Assembly (NCBI GenBank): GCA_964354105.1
Contig: CAYGXM010000002.1
Location: 14,398 to 78,397, forward strand
DNA length: 64,000 bases
Reading direction: 5' to 3'
From: Candidatus Woesearchaeota archaeon
GTDB taxonomy: Archaea; Nanobdellota; Nanobdellia; UBA10117
Positions 38,894-47,099 of this stretch are shown here, piece after piece; within the stretch, counting starts at the first letter, position 1; every line of letters begins with the position of its first letter. Both the position numbers and the translations under genes were made by a program. Below the pieces are notes generated by a model that saw nothing but the letters and a program-made list of their open reading frames with translations, was not told the DNA's origin and did no database searches.

Positions 38894-39121
38894 ATGGCAA
38901 TACAAAATATAGGCTACAAGAAATATAGATTCGACACGATACTTATGATAATCGTTGCGTTCTTAACAGTAGAGGTGATAGTAGATAAAAGTCTAAAATA
39001 TTTTTACGGGGCATCGTTTTATATGCGCCTCGCGGCTAATGTTGGCATAGTTATGGGCGCGATAATAGTTTATTACTTAATAACGTTGAAAAAGTTAAAT
39101 AGACTGACTTGGGGGTCATAA
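38894..39121 (+). CDS. small membrane protein (75 aa)
   Basis: Two TM helices. Its last 8 codons are supplied by repeat copy 3. Confidence 0.3.
   Translation: MAIQNIGYKKYRFDTILMIIVAFLTVEVIVDKSLKYFYGASFYMRLAANVGIVMGAIIVYYLITLKKLNRLTWGS
39088..39120. repeat. repeat copy 3 (GAAAAAGTTAAATAGACTGACTTGGGGGTCATAA)
   Basis: A more diverged copy. It supplies the C-terminus and stop codon of 38894-39121. Confidence 0.45.
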
Positions 39122-39871
39122 ATATTTTGCCATTGCCTGCAGAATTTCGTAAGTAGTTTGTCTTTTATTCGCAGATTTTGTTATTGCACTACCAATAATA
39201 AGTATAGAACTTTTACAGGCTTCAACTGCACCATCAGGCGTGTTAAGTTGTTTTTGGCCAACATTTTGAATGCCTTTCCAAGTAATGCCTGGTGTTACAT
39301 ACAGCCAGGAGCCAAGATTCTTTTCCAATATTCCTGCCATGCTTGCAGAGCAAACAACGCCATCCAAATCCCACTCGCGCGCAAGCCTGGCTAAACGCAT
39401 AACATGAGAACTATAACGATCGCTTATCCCTAAAGTTTCCAGGTCTTCGTCTGACTGGCTAGTCAGAACTGTAACGCCGATTACTTTTGGGGCAGGAATA
39501 CTTTGTTTGGCAGCTGCGAGACGAGAACCTCTGATTGTTTGTTTGCACATTTCCTCTCCGCCATCGATGTGAATGCTAAACATGTAAACTCCGGGAACCG
39601 TCAACTGCTGAGCGGTAAGATATGCTTGATCAGGTGTATCTTTTATTTTCAAATCCGGAAATATGTTAGCTCCGTGCTTGTAAAGTTCTTGAATTATTGG
39701 CACACCTTCATTACAAGCAGCAGCGTGCAAGGATTTACCGACTTTAACCATCCCAACCAAATCGGAAAGCTCTTCATAAAGTCCCCGCGCTTCTTGGGTG
39801 GTTGGTACGTCCAAGGCTAAACAAACTCTTTCCCTCGCCTTTTGCTCTTTTTCTGTTAATTTCTTCCCCAT
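39116..39871 (-). CDS. pyrF: orotidine 5'-phosphate decarboxylase
   Basis: LALDV, KVGKSLH, DLKIKDTP, GVTVLTSQ, GVVCSA, PGI are the OMPdecase conserved blocks. Confidence 0.7.
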   Translation of the reverse strand: MGKKLTEKEQKARERVCLALDVPTTQEARGLYEELSDLVGMVKVGKSLHAAACNEGVPIIQELYKHGANIFPDLKIKDTPDQAYLTAQQLTVPGVYMFSIHIDGGEEMCKQTIRGSRLAAAKQSIPAPKVIGVTVLTSQSDEDLETLGISDRYSSHVMRLARLAREWDLDGVVCSASMAGILEKNLGSWLYVTPGITWKGIQNVGQKQLNTPDGAVEACKSSILIIGSAITKSANKRQTTYEILQAMAKYL

Positions 39872-39932
39872 TGCTGATTTCTAAATGCGGAAAGAGATAA
39901 AAACCTAGCGAAAATCTTATACAACAGTAACA

Positions 39933-40547
39933 ATGGCAAAAATAATAATTTTTGATATGGGCGGCGTAATACAAGAAAAAGAAGTATATCAGTCAACTGA
40001 ACTTGTCAACAAAGAATTATTTGAAAAAACGGGAGTTGTTTTATTCCCAAATAATGTAAGACCAAGCCCAAAGTATGAAGAATTTCAAACAGGCAAGATT
40101 AGCTCTGAAGATTATTTCCAGAATTTAATAGATTTATCCAACGCAAAAATTCCTGTCGAAGAACTAATGGAAGTTTACAAGCAAATTTACCTAAAAGCCA
40201 CTAAATTTGACCCTAAAATGATAAAATTAGTAAAAGATTTGCGAAAGAAATATGCTATCGCCTGCTTTTCAGACACCACTGAATTTCACAGACAAATAAA
40301 TGAAGAAAAAGGTTTTTTCAAGCTGTTTGATTTTAGTTTTGTATCATCCGGATTGGGAATTACAAAAGATGAAGTGCGTGCTTTTGAAATTGTTATTGAA
40401 AAGCTAAAAGTAAAGCCTGCTGATTGTATCTTCATAGATGATAAGGAAGGCCATGTCGCAAGAGCAAAATCTATTGGTATAGAGGCCATACAGTTCAAAA
40501 GCTATGCGCAGCTAGTTAAAGAATTAAAAGCTAGGAAGATAATTTAG
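39933..40547 (+). CDS. HAD-superfamily hydrolase
   Basis: Motif I IIFDMGGVI, and a later FIDDKEGH (motif IV-like). Confidence 0.5.
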   Translation: MAKIIIFDMGGVIQEKEVYQSTELVNKELFEKTGVVLFPNNVRPSPKYEEFQTGKISSEDYFQNLIDLSNAKIPVEELMEVYKQIYLKATKFDPKMIKLVKDLRKKYAIACFSDTTEFHRQINEEKGFFKLFDFSFVSSGLGITKDEVRAFEIVIEKLKVKPADCIFIDDKEGHVARAKSIGIEAIQFKSYAQLVKELKARKII

Positions 40548-41649
40548 AAACACTAAAGCCAATCAATCTAACTTTTCTGGAATCTCTTAGAAAAGGTATC
40601 AGTAATTCTCGTGCTAGGAGTTGTGCAGTTTTTTCATCATTATGTATTTCTGAAAGGGTTTTAGCTTTAGACGTTGTATGAAAATCTTCATATCTGACTT
40701 TGATTGTGATAGTCTTATAGTTCAGTTTCTCAGTTTTCACTTGCCTGAGTGTGTCATTTACTATCTCAACGAGCTTCCCCAGAATTAGTTTCTTGTCTTT
40801 CGTATCACGCTCAAATGTAACTTGCCGCCCGATTGATTTTGCTTCCCACTCCTCCACAAGAGGAGATTCATCAATCCCGCGCGCTTCATCATGTAAAACA
40901 GAGCCGAATTTGCCGAACCATTCGATCAATTGTGCCTTTGAAATCTTCCTGACGTCTCTTACAGTGTGAATATCTCTTTCATTCAGAACAGCTTTTGTCT
41001 TCGGGCCGACTCCCATCAGAACATTTACGTCTAAAGGTGCGAGGAAATCAGAGACGTAATCTTCTCTTACAATAGTAATGCCATTTGGCTTATGTATGTC
41101 TGCAGCGATCTTTGAAACTAACTTGTTTATTGATATTCCTATAGAACATGTAAGCTTTCTCTTTTGTTTTAGCTCCTCTTTTATCTTCTCTGCCAGCTCT
41201 TTTGCTTCAGAAAAGCTCTTACATCTCTGAGAGATATCCAAGTAGAACTCATCAATGCCGCCAATCTCAAACTTGTCTGCATATTTCCTGAAAATCTCTT
41301 GGCATTTTATCGATTCAGCGATGTATTTGTCCATGTCTACAGGCACAAATATGCAATTTGGACATCTTCTGTAAGCAATGGAGATTGGCTGTCCAGAATG
41401 CACTCCAAATTTTCTGGCTGCGTATGAACAAGTCGATACAACTCCCCTACCCCTGCCACCTTTAGGGTCTGCTCCTACAACAACAGGTTTTCCCCGAATA
41501 GAAGGATTATCCCTTTCTTCAACAGATGCATAAAATGCATCTAAATCTATGTGCAGGATTATGGAAAAATTGCGCTGTTTAGACTGTGCGATTTCATCGC
41601 GATTTTTCCATTCCGAAAACTGCGCATCAGTTTTCATTATTCTTGGCAT
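40531..41649 (-). CDS. dinB: Y-family DNA polymerase IV (Dpo4/Dbh/DinB type)
   Basis: ILHIDLDAFYASVEERDNP, VVVG, SIGISINKL, PLDVNVLMGVGPKT. Collinear with Dpo4. Confidence 0.85.
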   Translation of the reverse strand: MPRIMKTDAQFSEWKNRDEIAQSKQRNFSIILHIDLDAFYASVEERDNPSIRGKPVVVGADPKGGRGRGVVSTCSYAARKFGVHSGQPISIAYRRCPNCIFVPVDMDKYIAESIKCQEIFRKYADKFEIGGIDEFYLDISQRCKSFSEAKELAEKIKEELKQKRKLTCSIGISINKLVSKIAADIHKPNGITIVREDYVSDFLAPLDVNVLMGVGPKTKAVLNERDIHTVRDVRKISKAQLIEWFGKFGSVLHDEARGIDESPLVEEWEAKSIGRQVTFERDTKDKKLILGKLVEIVNDTLRQVKTEKLNYKTITIKVRYEDFHTTSKAKTLSEIHNDEKTAQLLARELLIPFLRDSRKVRLIGFSVSKLSS

Positions 41650-41670
41650 ATGAAATACAACGAAGTCTGG

Positions 41671-41702
41671 GCTTTAAAATTTAGCTATATAATCTATATA
41701 AC
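41671..41702. promoter_or_regulatory. AT box cluster (TTTAAAATTTAGCTATATAATCTATATAAC) in a divergent intergenic region
   Basis: Lies between the minus start at 41649 and the plus start at 41715. Confidence 0.3.
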
Positions 41703-41714
41703 AAAGGGTTTTAA

Positions 41715-42020
41715 ATGCCTGCATTAAATTATATACTAGAGTATACAATGGACACAGAAGATTTTAAATCTAAAAGTTTGGACGATCTGCTTAGTTTATA
41801 CGACGCCGCGCTGCAAAAGATTTTTGGCGGAGCCCAAGAGCCGGCGCCACATGAAATTGCAGGCCTGATACCTCCTTTAATAAGAGAAAAATTAGACCTA
41901 CTGCAAAAGGCGGGCGATCCCAGACACCAAGCATATTCTGAGCAATATATCGAGTTATTCAAAAAAGACCAGTGCTGGCTCAGCGAACATAAAAACCGAA
42001 CTGGCGCTGCATATGCATAA
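41715..42020 (+). CDS. hypothetical protein (101 aa), GC-richer than its surroundings
   Basis: ORF. Composition (Ala/Arg/Pro/Gly) is atypical for this window. Confidence 0.3.
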   Translation: MPALNYILEYTMDTEDFKSKSLDDLLSLYDAALQKIFGGAQEPAPHEIAGLIPPLIREKLDLLQKAGDPRHQAYSEQYIELFKKDQCWLSEHKNRTGAAYA

Positions 42021-42051
42021 GCTTTTTAATTGAGTTCTACCACGTAGAAAT

Positions 42052-42309
42052 ATGGTCAGCTTTAATCCATTTTTCAGAAAGCTAGAGAGCTTAGAGGTTC
42101 GAGCAGAGGGCGGCGAGCGATTTTTGGTAACAGAAATCATAAATCTAGAACAACAAGTGCACAGATTACCAGATTCAGACCAGAAGCGACAACTTGAGTT
42201 AAGACTTGCCGCATTAAACGGCAGACTTGCTAAGGTCGCTCAAAAAGCGGAAGCTGAGCACTTAGCTGAAGCCCGAAGACTTGCAAAATTCAAACGCAGA
42301 GGGTTCTAA
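42052..42309 (+). CDS. hypothetical protein (85 aa), Arg/Ala-rich helical
   Basis: ORF. Same compositional anomaly as 41715-42020. Confidence 0.3.
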   Translation: MVSFNPFFRKLESLEVRAEGGERFLVTEIINLEQQVHRLPDSDQKRQLELRLAALNGRLAKVAQKAEAEHLAEARRLAKFKRRGF

Positions 42310-42316
42310 TTATCTC

Positions 42317-43093
42317 TCAGCGTATCAGACTTCGCAACCGCAAAATCTCTTTCTCCGTTAGAAATCTCCATTTTCCAAGAGGCAAGTCTTTCAGCTCGAG
42401 ATCGCCAATCTGAACTCTCTTTAATGCCTCAACTGGAAAGCCGACGGCAGCGCACATTCGTCTTACTTCTCTTTTCCTGCCTTCTGAAATCCTAATTACA
42501 ATTATAGAATAACTCTCGCCTCTGCCCAAAACTCGTATTGTTGCGCGCTTAGTCTTGTATCTTTCAGTTCTGTCAGGTTCTCTTACTGTAACCCAAACAC
42601 CGTGCGTCAGTTTTTGCACGGCTCCATCCGTTATCTTCCCGGAAACTTTTGCAATGTAAACCTTCTTTACGTGATATCTTGGGTGCGTCAGTTTTAAGGC
42701 AAAATCTCCTTCATTTGTAAACAGCAAGAGGCCTTCTGTATTAAAATCCAGCCTGCCGACGTTAAACAATGAATTAAATTCTGCATCTGTTAATTTCTCA
42801 TTGTTGATTGATTTTTCTTTCAACAAATCATATGCCAGCTTTCTCCTTCTGGCATCAGATTTTGCAACAAGATAGCTTTCTGGCTTGTTCAGCATTATGT
42901 AAATCTTATTTTTCACAGGCTCAATCTTCTGGCCTTCTACATTTACCTTATCCTTATCTGTATCAACCTTGTCGCCGAGCTTTGCAGTTCTTCCATTTAC
43001 CTTGACTTTTCCAGCAGTAATCAGCTCTTCAGCCTTTCTTCTTGATGATGCGAGGCCTGCCCTTGCCAGAAAGATTTGCAATCGGACGTTCAT
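42317..43093 (-). CDS. rRNA pseudouridine synthase, RsuA/RluB family (S4 domain plus catalytic domain)
   Basis: S4 motif LQIFLARAGLASSRRKAEELITAGKVKVNG, and catalytic NVGRLDFNTEGLLLFTNEG with the Asp of RLD. Confidence 0.7.
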   Translation of the reverse strand: MNVRLQIFLARAGLASSRRKAEELITAGKVKVNGRTAKLGDKVDTDKDKVNVEGQKIEPVKNKIYIMLNKPESYLVAKSDARRRKLAYDLLKEKSINNEKLTDAEFNSLFNVGRLDFNTEGLLLFTNEGDFALKLTHPRYHVKKVYIAKVSGKITDGAVQKLTHGVWVTVREPDRTERYKTKRATIRVLGRGESYSIIVIRISEGRKREVRRMCAAVGFPVEALKRVQIGDLELKDLPLGKWRFLTEKEILRLRSLIR

Positions 43094-43127
43094 AACGCTT
43101 ATATAATATTGTTTGGTTTAAAAACTA

Positions 43128-44273
43128 ATGGACACGGCCACAAAGCTAAAGCTTATCACATCTCCACCTACTGAAGAAATTATTACAGAGGGTGATTTAA
43201 AATCAGCAATTGAGCTTGGAATCCCGCTGAAGCACTACATTGGATTTGAAATTTCCGGCCTGATGCATCTCGGTACAGGCCTTGTCACTATGAGCAAGCT
43301 TGCTGATTTGCAGAAAGCTGGCATAAAGTGTTCTGTATTTCTTGCAGATTACCACAGCTGGATTAACAAAAAATTAGGCGATGATTTGGAGATGATAAGA
43401 AAGACTGCTGGCCAGTATTACATCGAAGGCTTCAAGAAATCAATTGAAATATGTGGTGGAGATCCCGATAAAGTTGATTTTGTATTAGGCTCGAAATTAT
43501 ACGAAGAATTGGGCAATGATTACTGGAGCACTGTAATTGAAGTTGCAAAAAATACGAATCTTGCAAGAATTATGCGCTCCATAACAATAGCTGGAAGAAA
43601 AGAGGGCGAGACTGTCAGCTTTGCGCTTTTGATGTACCCTGTTATGCAAGTCGCAGACATTTTTGCACAGCAAATTAATTTAGCACATTCTGGAATAGAC
43701 CAAAGAAAAGCGCATGTCATAGCAAGAGATGTTGCTCCATATCTTACAATAAAACCGCTAAAAAGAAAGCACGATAACCATGAAGAGGTCTACAAGCCGG
43801 TCGCGCTCCATAATTCTTTGCTCCTCGGCCTGCAGCAGCCGCTACAATGGCCGATTCCAAAAGGCAAAATAAAAGAGGCGATTTCTGCTATGAAAATGTC
43901 AAAATCGAAGCCAAATACCGCGGTATTCTTAACGGACAGCGAAGAAAACATTAAGGCAAAGCTGATGGCTGCTTTCTGTCCGGCTAAACATACAGAATAC
44001 AACCCTGTGCTTGATTGGGCAAAGCATGTAATTTTCAAGCTGAACAAAGAATTAACTATTGAAAGGCCGTCTAAATTTGGTGGAAAACTGCATTTTGATG
44101 ATTATAAAGAATTAGAAAAACTATTTGCTGAGGGCAAATTGCATCCTGTTGATTTGAAAGATGCCGTTGCGAATGAATTAATAGAGATGTTAAAGCCGAT
44201 AAGAGAACATTTTGCAAAGCCAAAATTCCACGAGATGATGCATGAGCTGGAGAAATTAACGATTACAAGATAA
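43128..44273 (+). CDS. tyrS: tyrosyl-tRNA synthetase (eukaryote/archaeal type)
   Basis: YIGFEISGLMHLG (HIGH-region equivalent), KMSKS, and DQRK. The C-terminal block GGKLHFDDYKELEKLFAEGKLHPVDLKDAV...PIREHF aligns with eukaryotic TyrRS. Confidence 0.75.
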   Translation: MDTATKLKLITSPPTEEIITEGDLKSAIELGIPLKHYIGFEISGLMHLGTGLVTMSKLADLQKAGIKCSVFLADYHSWINKKLGDDLEMIRKTAGQYYIEGFKKSIEICGGDPDKVDFVLGSKLYEELGNDYWSTVIEVAKNTNLARIMRSITIAGRKEGETVSFALLMYPVMQVADIFAQQINLAHSGIDQRKAHVIARDVAPYLTIKPLKRKHDNHEEVYKPVALHNSLLLGLQQPLQWPIPKGKIKEAISAMKMSKSKPNTAVFLTDSEENIKAKLMAAFCPAKHTEYNPVLDWAKHVIFKLNKELTIERPSKFGGKLHFDDYKELEKLFAEGKLHPVDLKDAVANELIEMLKPIREHFAKPKFHEMMHELEKLTITR

Positions 44274-44276
44274 AAT

Positions 44277-45041
44277 TTAGCAGCGACATTTGGCTTTCTT
44301 TGGCGTCTTGGTGTGCACAAAAGCATTCTGATGCAAATCGATTTCTACAATGCCGTTAGGAATTTCATCATCTACATCTATGGGGGCAACAATTTTTCTA
44401 ACTAAATTGGCCATTCCGGCTGCAACTAGAAGACTTGTTTCAGCTACTGCAGGATTCGCCTGATTGCCGCAAGGCGCTCTTTGCTTTCTCCTTTCGGCTA
44501 GCTCATAAATTCCTTTTGTGCAGTCCAAGCAACATGTTTGCTTAGGAACATAAGCAGAATACCAACCGTGCAAGCCTTGAGTGCCACCAGAAACTAGCGC
44601 ATATTTGTTTTTAACAGCGAACTCGTTTAGGTATGCTCTTGCAGGATTATTATCCACGCAGCCAACAAATACTGGCTTGTTACCTAAATACATTCTTGTA
44701 AAAACATCGAGGGGCATCTTTTCCTGGCTTAACCATTCTTCGTGCGCCTTTATGTCGATGTCTGAATTTCTTTCGCGTAATTTGTTCGCTAGCGTCTGGG
44801 CTTTGTTTTTGCCTACATCATCTTCAGTAAACATACACTGTCTGGTAACATTGTGCAATTCTATTTTATCAGGGTCAATCAAATGCAGCGTGCCAACACC
44901 TTCGATTGCAAGTATTGTTGCAACACCATTTCCTGTTGCACCACAGCCTATGATTGCAACTTCGGCTCCTGTCAGTTTATCTAAATTAAGTCCTGCTGCA
45001 TTTTGTCGGCTATAACGATCTAGAACCATTTTTTGAACCAA
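44277..45041 (-). CDS. E1-like activating enzyme (ThiF/MoeB/UbaA family), 254 aa
   Basis: LDRYSRQ, IIGCGATGNGVA (nucleotide-binding GxGxxG), NVTRQ, and C-terminal Zn-type CCLDC...PCGN. No rhodanese or UFD domain. Confidence 0.75.
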   Translation of the reverse strand: MVQKMVLDRYSRQNAAGLNLDKLTGAEVAIIGCGATGNGVATILAIEGVGTLHLIDPDKIELHNVTRQCMFTEDDVGKNKAQTLANKLRERNSDIDIKAHEEWLSQEKMPLDVFTRMYLGNKPVFVGCVDNNPARAYLNEFAVKNKYALVSGGTQGLHGWYSAYVPKQTCCLDCTKGIYELAERRKQRAPCGNQANPAVAETSLLVAAGMANLVRKIVAPIDVDDEIPNGIVEIDLHQNAFVHTKTPKKAKCRC

Positions 45042-45835
45042 GCTTTTAATCTTGACACAGTTGCAAATCTGTTTTTAGTAAGAAAGTGCCACACAGATGG
45101 CTCCTCTGCAAGTTTCTCATTTAATGCCTCTTCTACAGCAAGATTTGGAGCAAGTTCAACATACCATTCTTGCAATTTCACTTTATCCATAATCTCTTTT
45201 CTGATTTCGTCAGTTGAAAATTTGAGCGGCCCAGGTATAATTTTTGGCGTGACGTTTAAATGAATAACATCTGGTAAAATTTCATCTACAGATAAATAAG
45301 TTTGATATGCGCCATCAGTTGTTAATATCATCGAATAAAGCCCGAGGGCCTCTCTTTCTATAACGTTTTCAGAACTACATTCGCATTTCCAGCTTGCCTT
45401 AACAGGAACCTGTATATCATTAAACCGGATTCCAATATCCCTATAATCTGTTATAGAAGGCGAGCAGCCTATCTCGCCTTTGCCGGGATGAAAGTGAAAC
45501 CAACCCACCGGATTAAGGCCTTCAGCTTTTGCCTTTTCTATTGTTGCTGCAATGTCATCTGCACTGTAGCTGGCACCTACCCAATTAGATTTACAGGGCA
45601 CAAGAGCACAGTTTTTTATTTCATACGAGTCTCCTGCAGGACTTAGCAATATGCCACCCAGCTCTGTGAAAACTTTTTCCCTAGTTTTTAATTGTGAATA
45701 CTGCTGCCGCATTGCAGAATCTATCAAGGGGCCATGGGCAAGAATTTTTTCCAAGCAGCCAGATGTTATTACAAATTCCTTATCCAGCTTAAGGTCCTTA
45801 AACCCTGCAACTTCTGTTGAATAATAGGTTTCCAT
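45020..45835 (-). CDS. JAMM/MPN+ metallopeptidase (Rpn11/Mov34-like), 271 aa
   Basis: ELGGILLS (Glu motif), GWFHFHPG...SITD (H-x-H-x10-S-x2-D). Its start overlaps the E1 gene by 22 nt. Confidence 0.6.
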   Translation of the reverse strand: METYYSTEVAGFKDLKLDKEFVITSGCLEKILAHGPLIDSAMRQQYSQLKTREKVFTELGGILLSPAGDSYEIKNCALVPCKSNWVGASYSADDIAATIEKAKAEGLNPVGWFHFHPGKGEIGCSPSITDYRDIGIRFNDIQVPVKASWKCECSSENVIEREALGLYSMILTTDGAYQTYLSVDEILPDVIHLNVTPKIIPGPLKFSTDEIRKEIMDKVKLQEWYVELAPNLAVEEALNEKLAEEPSVWHFLTKNRFATVSRLKAWFKKWF

Positions 45836-45837
45836 AA

Positions 45838-46629
45838 TTAGTAATTTTTTACGATGTGCGTATTAACTACTCCCCGTCTTTCTGTAGAACCATGACGCGC
45901 GTGCACTATCGACCTTGCGTAATCCATCGCCAGAACTATTTTCTTTTCTAAAGGCATATTTTCCATGCCAAGTACATAGGCCTCATATCTTGGCGCGCAA
46001 ATATCATCTTCACCTTCTCCAACGTCTGGCTTTAGCGAATTATGAGTGAGCAAAAATGGGTTTCCAAGAGTAATTGTCCTATCTAACATCAACTCCAGGC
46101 CTATTTTAAAAGGCGCTTCATATCTGGCCTTTTTTGCTTTCCTTTGACTATATTTATAACAAGGAAAGGTTTTAGTTGCTGCAATAATTTCAAACTTATC
46201 TTCATCTTTCCAACTAGTAATATTAACAACAGGCTCTATTATTATTGCAGGATCTAATTTTTGTATTTTAATAGAAAGGCTATATAATCTTCTAAAATTG
46301 TTGCGGAATTTTCGTCCGATATCCGCATAATACTTATCGATTTTGTCACAGAAATCGCCTTCTCTCCACTCTTCGTATTTTTCAAATTCGCTAACTTTTT
46401 CTTTTAGCGAATCGCGCTCTTGCCTTAAATCTTTGATTTGCCTCTCAAGAGTCGCCTGGCCTGCCAAATCCAAAAAAATATCTGCTCCCTTGCCAATTTT
46501 ATAACTATCACTTTTGTTCAAATCAGGACTTACAGGCATTCTATAAACGCTGCCATCCGGCAACACAACAAGGCACTCTTTCTCTTTTAACAGCTGATTA
46601 AGATTCTTTTTTAGTTCTTCTGAGGTCAT
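45838..46629 (-). CDS. hypothetical protein with E2-like (UBC-like) C-terminal motif, 263 aa
   Basis: N-terminal coiled-coil, then beta-rich region and PFLLTHNSLKPDVGEGEDDICAPRY. This resembles the UBC HPN...Cys active-site region, with loose spacing. Inference only. Confidence 0.35.
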   Translation of the reverse strand: MTSEELKKNLNQLLKEKECLVVLPDGSVYRMPVSPDLNKSDSYKIGKGADIFLDLAGQATLERQIKDLRQERDSLKEKVSEFEKYEEWREGDFCDKIDKYYADIGRKFRNNFRRLYSLSIKIQKLDPAIIIEPVVNITSWKDEDKFEIIAATKTFPCYKYSQRKAKKARYEAPFKIGLELMLDRTITLGNPFLLTHNSLKPDVGEGEDDICAPRYEAYVLGMENMPLEKKIVLAMDYARSIVHARHGSTERRGVVNTHIVKNY

Positions 46630-46663
46630 AAAAAAGAAAAAAAGAAAAGAGATAAAAAGCTAC

Positions 46664-47035
46664 CTACGCGCTGTAGAACCCTTCTGAAGCAATGTAGCCG
46701 TTTTCACCAGCAGCGTTTACTAAGTAATGTACATTGTTTTCTACTACGTGGTTTTTAATTTGGGTTGTTGTCTTAACGACTGCATTTGTTGCAGCATTCT
46801 TTACTTGGTAACCTTCGTCAACCATTCTCTTAAAAGCCGCGCCACCTTTTATTCTGTGGCCTGTTGCATGCTCTGCGCCCATACTTACAATTTCTTCTAT
46901 TGTGCTGTCTTTTGGCGCATCGAATTGAACAAGTGGCTTTTGCGCAACTGTATCTAAGGTTACTCTTATTTTTTGTTCTTGCGTCTGTGTGTTTTTAATT
47001 TCACTCATGTATATCACCAACAAAAGCTCGTACAT
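46664..47035 (-). CDS. small protein with internal Gly-Gly (candidate Ubl precursor), 123 aa (or 114 aa from the second Met)
   Basis: KIRVTLDTVAQKPLVQFDAPKDSTIEEIVSM...HRIKGG followed by about 58 more residues. It is the first gene of the E1/JAMM cassette and is followed by a T-rich tract before the next gene. Confidence 0.3.
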   Translation of the reverse strand: MYELLLVIYMSEIKNTQTQEQKIRVTLDTVAQKPLVQFDAPKDSTIEEIVSMGAEHATGHRIKGGAAFKRMVDEGYQVKNAATNAVVKTTTQIKNHVVENNVHYLVNAAGENGYIASEGFYSA

Positions 47036-47099
47036 TAGTTTTTTAAGGCTTGTCGGAAAAATAAGAAAGACATTTAAAATGATTCTATTTTAGACGTAA

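Noticed and set aside
37461-39120. CTTGGGGG-containing repeats as tRNA 3' ends or an integrase att site
   Set aside because: There is no cloverleaf-compatible flanking sequence, no GTTC(G/A)A T-loop motif, and no integrase gene nearby. They are kept only as an unexplained repeat family.
44581-45015. 144-aa plus-strand ORF inside the E1 gene
   Set aside because: Antisense to a gene with canonical ThiF motifs.
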